Below are positions 29,701-33,136 of a stretch of DNA of 33,136 bases, piece after piece; position 1 is the stretch's first letter, and every line of letters starts with the position of its first letter. The DNA lies in IMG/VR virus record IMGVR_UViG_3300044647_001298, positions 1-33,136 of that record; one strand, given 5' to 3'. The notes below the pieces were generated by a model. The model did not search any database and was not told the origin of the DNA. It was given only the letters and a program-made list of their open reading frames with translations. This DNA is from a virus. Lineage: Duplodnaviria > Caudoviricetes. The position numbers were made by a program, and so were the translations under genes.

Positions 29701-29813
29701 TCAACAAGGCGCTCCGCACCGCCAACCCCGAGCAGCGGCAGCGGCTCATCGAGGCTCGCGAGCGTGCGATGAAACGGGTGATTCGCACCAACAACCGCTT
29801 GACTTCCGATTGA
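17787..29813 (+). CDS. Giant polyvalent internal virion (ejection) protein: zincin HExxH, HDxxGH domain, two ART-like domains, HhH-glycosylase-like domain, C-terminal LPD38-like region
   Basis: 4008 aa; ALHEMRH (20328), AVHDIMGH (22098), THGT...GPGIYL...GYDGV...NQVK (22518), GIDNKVVSF...VYDR (24897), WFHAG...GLHIGT...GQVKS (26229), PDWEK...IKIPLPYG...NQNFMGRPI (28900-29220). Confidence 0.85.
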   Translation: MTQLNPQTQIEAIRTRAAAKARERIVSQGINLQSDDAAAAMQAALDGAEDKAWSAARYKALEGLMKRGIPGVSIAGDEAEPDERGKPYTIDDELDSYSQLVADQFVKGMTPVTYDEWSAKKRTLPKAMAEGTAGGFLTALEGAVGTAWAGAVNTWEEYGWDGIKWRDEAPTVQERIAQLNKIELNRREGAEATRLMLSLKFSEMFGSGDVGDTVATGFEQYAEELAGPPGQPVLKSERYGAPGGEFGATFVEESENIGSALGSLPMSAPSMLAPNKAARAVAMLPFAFSGYADAKSARYELWKEQVRMAEMLGVSPPPLPSTGEFEAWGGTGMVFEVGSEFVGDTVQVGALKFFSGKRIGQMGASRIGQGLVELQKSMLRSRGALGALKKYGGGVAVGAVTEGLEEVVPHAGMEVQDVITQQINLWNDNPEYFNTDRDFFSENTWQSFKVGAYAGGLMSGGSSVASPSAFRERSAQRKARKEVAKGTEFVTETLVQAQEQDAAQRVGQAANPPEGKRAIAEERFRRNVPTTRSSAMAAHHVEQMDAGNRAAMFVDPADMDTTITPEVKERMVALGISTKPVGTVNGKNVFVATGTVDAVKAMVNTGNFSALTGSPVSNDGNQMMGAIVLRDSAGRIVDVMPYSDPAQMFSAAPSVGTMAQQNGLTMDVVNHETQQTYSGLMDALSRQQDADAVQLGITRRTDKPAPAKQTNRGVKALRLDIDKAAKGSKNKKRAKASDPFTSPYLTADEIGDATNGDVTVTTVLTKVNEDQLSEGERNLSRTTTANATILDGKVMFVIKQKDGSVKKVEKPIRLDGAYLAQASPDGVFLVRDNGTAMNSRSAFVVALHEMRHRILSRSRSGAQYFAKLLQLDPVYAMRGGAQYMRAMYGGKLSTMSDAQVIAYFRGLHEAAYAVHQGTATAEQQQMVSESRVNAKGAPVGTPGSALADVRQFSEESVTTTANRAMGQTMTMAAEWDGIYRDAQERSFRSFSRWMANALVKNGFVGAEAQQALFELRQRLDGVREEEVKVHRKFSDTVSNAVRQDLEKAERRRQARAALAGSPQAGAAPASTPAAAAPPAASVPAPAPAPPPASPGGGGAPAPTVAPSMRMPEPTGGTTIGGDDEKLQAAMAAVQAAQAAPPEQRAAMLADAVGMLTQIVPALTQTTAQLAPGSRGSRPQLQPPSTRQIPAAMRDVVPAPAAEPAGAVEAAPPDLEAAAIRQRSVQGAMAIMRGERPTAPVQPGTVARIERARTLMQDADEEVRGSLRERPGRREANDDVRSARNEFMSAAGIEPEQRIEDTYAEVDPDFAYRLADWFESAKVNYDDPEMLSAYRQFGKETLDQYEFLRERGFEMVPWAGKGQPYADSADMIEDLRENKRLFYYKTNNAAEVNSFGSNPEAYQEALRRNPLLEDTGIEVLDSEGNPYRQTYNDLFRAVHDIMGHGAEGFQFGPRGEENAYRSHAVMYSPMARQAMATETRTQNSWVNFGPNRRNSDGTVWGQDDPRYAPWMERLKNGEGYADQKPVLTPPEFLGLYEAPQQARASLRPISLAEMSPTMRVWSRGAVAVDDTGSLLALTHGTKKPFESFTPSTRGAYGPGIYLATETDEANRFAGESEGSQVVPVVTNIKNPLVVDAGRGEQFVAKALDTLGRNFNDFALDKDNSIDTALNQALRAAGYDGVHVKAPRGYDIMDRSRGDYWVAWEPNQVKGYFNENPTADQRIMYSAAEQPAKKARAPKVVTPEQEEANRAKKAKAAQDRAAARVAMKNAEEARRTISGATKISISAEPTAQPFVSENIIVSRIRKEPGFSQEMAYRRSNERIRALIATDSFAVQLNELISRIAPNITNKVGLRNAISEVLGNYAGRTEEAMRIEIPGLTHEQSVDVGHLLGSLLLQEAVITTSPATPKTDVAEQGLAVMLFSQDTKPMEDSALRSLLGDAGSMLNGATTHESNRGVWSVWSDYEGNPVSREEFVKRATDVAKRHGMLVDTTTIRSTYTKIGDRDVLGAVQTNLRGTTGSGVGQPVVGEFNSWVQPAASIAEVLRDEGFDIDVRGWTKQVGGANGKALGDALLAELAKRERQRRHGLDPRLLTTFDGSMQGIVAEPKVPASTTSANAESSFREVDALLARHPAPFESEDAYKRFLADLFGERTIPIVPVHLLNRVKDNFAGMRKDMSLREDGGRLTHSMINDAIHGMEMAQRLRALYASGAVQPKHTVALAMWGFLSKGVSPYIQESLFLDIVNFKSKKGVTYGDFVDIAVNGNWNKKTDTARWVSFINEMFNSLAYAKTDENNRPTTDDKGNSIVVIGTPGSSAKHNANAFGRNFLANIGKRVTIGDKTTTGLMHFHGALANPNTTGKQVRRTFASIGESLGIDNKVVSFGCLVAGKTDVSVYDRVRVGDHYNRDGKYPNAYDGFTIGYRVFAYGEPKADFEIPLNLKPASATPQGYKTAYEDALKKAEKTAKRNFKSIKEEKVAELAPLVQRFEALPTTDDARRDFIARLLKTGYLDPKDESYIDVVPVKAGGLANLFNGARGLALYEAVERAIDPNAVFSEIVKKRPDLKKHANHGAEHWLNWTGASAQDASHGTLDGMIDMVSKRSETIVGVNAKEGRYDTYAYGAQYGYVVEGDETVPQYLYTANGVKYKFTPKQFTDFITKVTKFDWASVNWNKAAGKKPKFLVTKDSITGDDRTAPWFDDAMFGGKAQAQIATIAESTGVRASMRDMSDIDAVMSFTDALHKSFTDDPAINAVTGVDPNNPLSMEFARQNIAATDHEQAFGLYQRMVARAFPRPSVPRYTRYFATNNTLNGLTTNDLWFHAGGRQWTVPNYDISPNQFGLHIGTFDQASTFFERALEEQRRLVRNIGLAQDAGARARNEAVYKAHQPVMFPLYARASKHIEIPDQVSWEPELIINAMMRMELIDPGQRDDMMMEMYREIIAEHGIPQGTAFSSLNIDNMVDAAKNWSWKNDKGVLDIVKIDDHIRMSANRWLKEYFRDQGIESVVYQNWIEGKDLSQFSREEKWGRIETDAQREHRIAWDKRTSLAMKWLLSNSKASEKEKYAKEKEILGSAPSAIVWNTGQVKSASVDDVGFRIIDPDIRASIRLESPAIVKLNPMVFEDGSETRMSMREGLPGISDRATLEFIDKFDPLRRYGEIAERALGGNLPDIANPYLGARTLVGRLGSMQQNANRVYADMLRDMAENNISLADMDEFLTAQHAINGGNAYIAGINPRFPDGGTGMFTADAQQVIARAQAAGRYGDMNRIAEEWRELLRAGLAQRRDAGLVTQETYNILTNRYTHYVPLRGAPARPFDELFEDYDSGEVFGRGMSTQGRGMPQRLGRQSQAEGVTSQVGFIHEDTMRRVARNEIGQRFLRLVLAVNDPGMATVITPNPTTNALVNVPAAPGRPARREVRAIYDANWMNDPRNFGVYVNAPVEINGHQFEPGDLVVIRLNNPLLATAMNAPNVQLNALERGLRHANNAWRFVTTGMGNPTFAPVNLVRDIGAGTINNAAAHGLRDTGQMLRRYPRSFMRVFMDAWRDPTNPTGSYRDFVEAGGDQLYWRPNDLDTKNTDFDALAERVQRRDPNDRSLARALLGWYPAFFTAAETATRVAQYEQRRYAGASREQAALAARDITVDFAKGGRRKAGLNTYYMFLNASLQGSVNVARAIRRAAAFAPALVTFGAVTAMLGRAMSGEDDETEESLWDALPDWEKAANIVLFDPFGSGKHIKIPLPYGYSTFFSAGVRMVDAAFGKKTAGDAVAGIVTDALNSFNPFGGSGIKSGVGNVLAAFTPTMARPIAELGLNQNFMGRPIYPSAIGRQEKADAYSYFSGTPEFYTDTARILNDSTGGDMFEPGIIHMSPNTMQYLVGYYLSGAGRTVDRLAKMAYSAEPIDMSDIPMVRSFVGDARSDTRALSERFNAIASRTLPDVNRMEALRDPRVDADIRSGIAERGVSEENIAIGRAVQQADKEIRGINKALRTANPEQRQRLIEARERAMKRVIRTNNRLTSD

Positions 29814-29826
29814 CCCGGCCTATACT
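29799..29826 (+). promoter_or_regulatory. Sigma70-like promoter TTGACT-N16-TATACT
   Basis: 5/6 match in both boxes within high-GC DNA; overlaps the end of the giant gene and points into a non-coding gap. Confidence 0.6.
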
Positions 29827-29832
29827 CGGTTC

Positions 29833-29960
29833 TATCTTTTCCCCCGCGCGCCGCCCTGATCCGATCAGGGCGGTTGCGTTTGACGGAGGAACAGTCCCGC
29901 AGCAACGAAGAAATGCTCAGGGGACAAGCGAACAGGCCGCCAACTGGCGGCCTGTTTTGT
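29833..29960 (+). ncRNA. Candidate ~130-nt structured small RNA
   Basis: Bounded by the promoter above and the terminator below; contains CCGCCCTGAT/ATCAGGGCGG stem (29851-29873) and GTCCC..AGCA/TGCT..GGGAC stem (29894-29925); no convincing ORF. Confidence 0.45.
29931..29960 (+). terminator. Intrinsic terminator between convergent operons (possibly bidirectional)
   Basis: AACAGGCCGCC-AACT-GGCGGCCTGTT followed by TTGT. Confidence 0.8.
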
Positions 29961-29962
29961 CA

Positions 29963-30169
29963 TCAGTTACCGAACCGCTCGTCGCGCAGCCGGAGCATCT
30001 CGTCGGCCATGCGCGCGCACTCCTCCATCGTCCGTGGCGTGGCCGCGTCCCGGGTCGTTCCGGGGTGCAGGCTCATCGAGAGGATCGACGCGGCGAACAT
30101 GTCCCACGCCACCATGCGCAGGTTCTCGTGCTGCACAATCTCCTCGTGGGTCGGTCTCAGAGAGTCCAT
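29963..30169 (-). CDS. Hypothetical phage protein (68 aa)
   Basis: GGAGG SD; WDMFAAS...[10 protein letters not shown] pattern typical of small phage proteins. Confidence 0.7.
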   Translation of the reverse strand: MDSLRPTHEEIVQHENLRMVAWDMFAASILSMSLHPGTTRDAATPRTMEECARMADEMLRLRDERFGN

Positions 30170-30642
30170 TGGTCGCCTCCCCGGAGCAGATCGTCCAGCC
30201 CGTTTGCGCCATCCCCGCGCTTGACGGCGGAACGAAAAATCTCGATCGCGTCATCTATGCGGCGCTGCGCCTCTCGCCGCATGGCCGACGATCCGCCATC
30301 GATGGCAAGGAACACCATCATCTTCTCCTTCACCTGCTTGCAATAGGTCACATTGACCACGGTGATCCGGCTCATCGAGGAGTCATCAGACCACCACTTC
30401 GCATCGGTAAGCCCGTCGATCGCCGGCTTTAGGCTTGCAAGGGCGTTGTCGATGTCCACCCCCTTCCGGACAGGCGAAACCGGCAGGACGGCGCAGACGG
30501 GATCGTGGAGGGTTTGGTGACCCCGTCCGAGAATCGCGATCTTCTGCCGGTAGTCTTTCTTGGCGCGAGCCTTCGTATAGTAGTGGGGTCTCGCGTTCGG
30601 CGACAGGGTGTAGGGAGGCCACGGGAGTGCGATGGCGTTCAC
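30157..30642 (-). CDS. rusA: RusA-like Holliday junction resolvase
   Basis: LPWPP..LSPNAR.H start, DIDN...KPAIDGL and W.DDS acidic catalytic pattern. Confidence 0.8.
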   Translation of the reverse strand: MNAIALPWPPYTLSPNARPHYYTKARAKKDYRQKIAILGRGHQTLHDPVCAVLPVSPVRKGVDIDNALASLKPAIDGLTDAKWWSDDSSMSRITVVNVTYCKQVKEKMMVFLAIDGGSSAMRREAQRRIDDAIEIFRSAVKRGDGANGLDDLLRGGDQWTL

Positions 30643-31196
30643 GATGCTTGCTCCTTCCGGTGCTGCGCGATCATCGTGCGCAGACGGGCTTGGTGTTCGG
30701 CGGTCTCGTCAGGTACAGACAGTCTCGGTAGAGGCAAGCCAGCCCCTTGGGGCGCTGGCGCAGCCTCGCGCGCGCGTGGTGTAATACCCACGCTTGATGT
30801 TCTCTTTTGGTTGTGGTTGTGGCATGCCATCGAAGAGCCATTGGCTGAGCCATTGGCTGAGCCATGCCATCTCGATGCCGCGCCTCTCCTGCCGGCCTCG
30901 GCGCGCTCGTCCGCAAACCTTTGTCGCTTGAACCTTTCCCTCTCAAGACGGGTCTGCGACAGCCCCGGGCTTCCATCGTCGCGGGTGCATGGTGAGAACC
31001 TCGGGCAGATCGTGCGCCACACTTGCAATCGACAGCCTGCGATCCGGCAGATCGCCTTGTCATCGATCGGAAGCGCGCCCCGCGTCCAGCAATGGCAGAG
31101 AAGGCGCATGTACGCGCCGAACTCCTCGGCGCTCATGTCCACCGTCGAGGCAATCAGATCGTCACAGTACAGAGGCATCCACGGGGTTCGTTTCAT
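30639..31196 (-). CDS. DUF1376/YdaU-like replication initiator
   Basis: PWMPLYCDDLIAST.DMSAEEFGAYMRLLCHCW..G.LP.DD..I.RIAG; then AGRRGA..RW and a low-complexity linker. Confidence 0.8.
   Translation of the reverse strand: MKRTPWMPLYCDDLIASTVDMSAEEFGAYMRLLCHCWTRGALPIDDKAICRIAGCRLQVWRTICPRFSPCTRDDGSPGLSQTRLERERFKRQRFADERAEAGRRGAASRWHGSANGSANGSSMACHNHNQKRTSSVGITPRAREAAPAPQGAGLPLPRLSVPDETAEHQARLRTMIAQHRKEQAS
30835..30865. repeat. 12-bp tandem repeat GAGCCATTGGCT x2.5 inside the initiator gene (iteron-like)
   Basis: Each unit contains the palindrome AGCCA-T-TGGCT; adjacent T-rich tract at 30795-30822. Confidence 0.8.
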
Positions 31197-31476
31197 GCGC
31201 CAGCCTCCCTTCCACGAGCCTAAGCCATCCGTACCGTTCCCGCCAATCTATCTCGCGCCACGCATGCAGCCATTTGATGCAGCAGTTATGGGAGCATCCG
31301 ATTGCAGATGCCAGTTCGGGGTATGACGGTTTGATAACCGCCATTTCCCACCCAATGCCAACCAGCAGCATGTCGCGGTGGTTCCGCATCAGCGCGTGGT
31401 TTGCGTGCCGTTCGTTCTGCTCCGGGATCACAGCATCTGCGGCGTTTACGACCGTTTTCAGACTGTAGTTTTTCAT
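31162..31476 (-). CDS. Helix-turn-helix protein (DnaA C-terminal-like)
   Basis: 104 aa; PSYPELASAIGCSHNCCI resembles the S.P.IG...HxT HTH; ATGA overlap with upstream gene. Confidence 0.55.
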   Translation of the reverse strand: MKNYSLKTVVNAADAVIPEQNERHANHALMRNHRDMLLVGIGWEMAVIKPSYPELASAIGCSHNCCIKWLHAWREIDWRERYGWLRLVEGRLAHETNPVDASVL

Positions 31477-31874
31477 GGCTCGACACTCCGTCTCAGCACA
31501 TCGTGCGCGTATTCGGCGCAGAACGGTTCGTCCTTCATCTCCGCGATCTTCTCCAGCGCGGAACGCAGCCGGGCGATCTCTGCATTGACCACTCGTTGTT
31601 TGCGCGAAGCGCGATACATTCGCTGCATCACGATCGGAGTGCGATCACCAATCCAACCGCCAATGATGTTGTGGTCGATCCACTCGGTTGCCTCCTCTGG
31701 CGTGATGAGGTCGCGTTCAACCAGCACCTTGACGATGCGGTCGTAGTCGTAGACTACAACTGGTGGCTGGCCGCATCGGTGGCCGATGCCAACCACGGCT
31801 CCGTCTAGGCCGTCGTAGATCACGGCTTCTTCGTCCTGCTCGCGGAGCCATTGCTGCGTTCGGTTGAGTTTCAT
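31473..31874 (-). CDS. Conserved-type hypothetical phage protein
   Basis: 133 aa from ATG 31874 with AAGGA SD; DGLDGAVVG...VVYDYDRIV..L...EEA.EWID.NIIG.WIG..TP pattern. Confidence 0.75.
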   Translation of the reverse strand: MKLNRTQQWLREQDEEAVIYDGLDGAVVGIGHRCGQPPVVVYDYDRIVKVLVERDLITPEEATEWIDHNIIGGWIGDRTPIVMQRMYRASRKQRVVNAEIARLRSALEKIAEMKDEPFCAEYAHDVLRRSVEP

Positions 31875-31993
31875 GGTTCGTCCTTTCTGACGTAAGCGGA
31901 CAGACATGCACCACAGACGGCTATGAGTACTCCTGCGATCGCTCCCACTACGAACGCCGCGACGAATACCGCCTTTACTTCGTGGTCGCTCAC
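31871..31993 (-). CDS. 40-aa single-TM peptide MSDHEVKAVFVAAFVVGAIAGVLIAVCGACLSAYVRKDEP
   Basis: GTG start overlapping upstream TGA, AAGGAGGT SD; stop overlaps the next ATG. Confidence 0.65.
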   Translation of the reverse strand: MSDHEVKAVFVAAFVVGAIAGVLIAVCGACLSAYVRKDEP

Positions 31994-32283
31994 GGCTTCA
32001 CCTCCTTGAAGCAGTCCCAGCCGCGTTCCTTTGCGATTTGCTTTGCACTCATTGATGGCGCATACGCTGAAATCCTGACGCATATCTCCCGCCGCGCCTC
32101 GTCTCGCTCGGCGGTGCGCTGCGCGAGTTCGACTGCTAGAGCGACGCGCTCGACCTTCTCGGCGTTGAGGTCGCGCTCAAGTGTGCGGGCGACGCATGCT
32201 TCCACGAAAGACCCGCTGCGAAGACCAACACCGCTGTTGTAGAAGTGCTCCGTGACCGCGTCCGTTCTCGGTGTGTCGCTCAC
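31990..32283 (-). CDS. Small phage protein, ERDEARR...RGWDCFKE family (copy A)
   Basis: 97 aa; MSDTPRTDA start; AAGGAGGT SD; GTGA overlap. Confidence 0.8.
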   Translation of the reverse strand: MSDTPRTDAVTEHFYNSGVGLRSGSFVEACVARTLERDLNAEKVERVALAVELAQRTAERDEARREICVRISAYAPSMSAKQIAKERGWDCFKEVKP

Positions 32284-32708
32284 AGATTCACCTCCTTCGC
32301 GCGGCGGATCGCGGCGATGGCCAACTGCGCCGCCTCATCCACCGAATTCTTTGTCGCGTTCGACTGAGATCGCGAAACTGCGAAAGCCGCATGCCCAGCG
32401 GCACTAGCGGCGAACGCTTCTGCCGCCGCGTTTGCTGCGTTCCACGCGCTAGCGTTTGTCCGCTCGTGGCACATCCTTCGCCACGACTCTCCATGCCCGT
32501 CTCGGTCTGCTTGCGGCTGATAGTCAGCAAGCGCCGCCCACATCTCCGCGAGCGGGTCGGGCTTCGCCTTGAGCGCGGCGAGTTCGTCAAGCAGCGCCCG
32601 CAGCGCCGCTGCGACCTCTGCCATGTATTCGCGGCTCCATCTGACGCCACTATCCGAACTCAAGTCGAACAGCGCGAGATCGAGAATTTGCCGTTGTTCG
32701 TCGGTCAT
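32280..32708 (-). CDS. Hypothetical phage protein (142 aa, Ala-rich C-terminus)
   Basis: ATGA overlap; GAGGG SD. Confidence 0.7.
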   Translation of the reverse strand: MTDEQRQILDLALFDLSSDSGVRWSREYMAEVAAALRALLDELAALKAKPDPLAEMWAALADYQPQADRDGHGESWRRMCHERTNASAWNAANAAAEAFAASAAGHAAFAVSRSQSNATKNSVDEAAQLAIAAIRRAKEVNL

Positions 32709-32899
32709 CGCTGCCCCTCATCTCGCGGCGACGCCGCATCCTCAAGGTTCCTGACGAGGTCTTTCGCAGCCCGCGCCGTGAAACTCTCGTTCTCGTCGGT
32801 GAGTGCGCCGCCGAGCGTAATGGTGTCGGCCACGACCGCGACGGGGATTCGCACGACGGCCACGCCTGCGCGAAGCAGGCTCTCTGCGAAGTTCAGCAT
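32705..32899 (-). CDS. Hypothetical phage protein (64 aa, MLNFAESLLRAGVAVVRIPVAVVADTITLGGALTD...)
   Basis: ATG 32899 with AAGGA SD. Confidence 0.7.
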   Translation of the reverse strand: MLNFAESLLRAGVAVVRIPVAVVADTITLGGALTDENESFTARAAKDLVRNLEDAASPRDEGQR

Positions 32900-33135
32900 G
32901 TCTTGTTTCCTTCCTTGAAGCAGTCCCAGCCGCGCCGCTCGGCAGCAGCCAGCGTCTCCGCTCTCGAACCGTATGCGTAGCACACCTCCCGCCGCGCCTC
33001 GTCGCGCTCGGCGGTGCGCTGAGACAACACGCCGTCGATGCCGTCGAGCGTTCGCTGCGTGATTTCGCGAGCGTCGAGTGCCGCGTTGCGCTGGCCTGTC
33101 ATGCGGTCAAGATCGGCGGTGCGCTGCGCGAGTTC
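32893..33135 (-). CDS. Small phage protein, ERDEARR...RGWDCFKE family (copy B), 5'-truncated by the window end
   Basis: Frame is open to the window edge (ELAQRTADLDRMTGQ...); paralogous to 31990-32283. Confidence 0.75.
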   Translation of the reverse strand, partial: ELAQRTADLDRMTGQRNAALDAREITQRTLDGIDGVLSQRTAERDEARREVCYAYGSRAETLAAAERRGWDCFKEGNKTC

Positions 33136-33136
33136 G

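Larger units (their letters stand above)
1..33136. mobile_element. Tailed bacteriophage genome segment (podovirus-like morphogenesis operon plus convergent replication block); free phage vs prophage not determinable
   Basis: Gene order terS-terL-portal-scaffold-capsid-adaptor-tail-ejection proteins, no tape measure or sheath gene recognised, RusA/DUF1376 block, no host housekeeping genes or integrase in window. Confidence 0.95.

Noticed and set aside
29833-29960. tRNA, SRP RNA or hammerhead identity for the intergenic RNA candidate
   Set aside because: No cloverleaf/T-loop, no complete SRP helix-8 motif, no CUGAUGA core; left as unclassified
29810-30346. Plus-strand ORFs 29810-30346 and 29874-30224
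   Set aside because: They run through a terminator and antisense to supported minus-strand genes; non-ATG starts and no motifs
32003-33136. CRISPR-like array from the 23-36 bp repeats
   Set aside because: Repeats are coding, irregularly spaced (~900-1000 bp) and of different sequences; no cas genes

Overview
High-GC (~65%) tailed-phage (or prophage) segment with no host genes visible. The + strand (1-29813) carries a complete, translationally coupled podovirus-type morphogenesis operon. In order: terS (5'-truncated), terL, an accessory cluster (46-aa ORF, 394-aa beta-rich protein, HNH nuclease, LamG-like protein, 88-aa ORF, Gly/Lys-rich peptide), portal, scaffold, major capsid, decoration protein, adaptor, a holin/spanin-like cassette without an endolysin, tail fibre, tail tubular/stabilisation protein, three ejection-type proteins and a 4008-aa polyvalent protein. 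The - strand (29963-33136) carries a convergent early/replication block (RusA-like resolvase, DUF1376/YdaU-like initiator, HTH protein, small paralogous ORFs). Five observations stand out. (1) The 4008-aa protein is punctuated at its domain boundaries by a recurring R-x-S-[LMI]-R motif, suggesting a processed or modular effector polyprotein. (2) It contains an Ogg2/EndoIII-like HhH glycosylase motif alongside two ART-like and two zincin-like domains. (3) Two unrelated accessory genes share an identical 14-aa N-terminal tag with only synonymous differences. (4) A promoter-hairpins-terminator unit in the convergent intergenic gap looks like a ~130-nt small RNA. (5) Repeated minus-strand gene ends double as Shine-Dalgarno sites. 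All family assignments come from motif recognition by eye, not from database searches.
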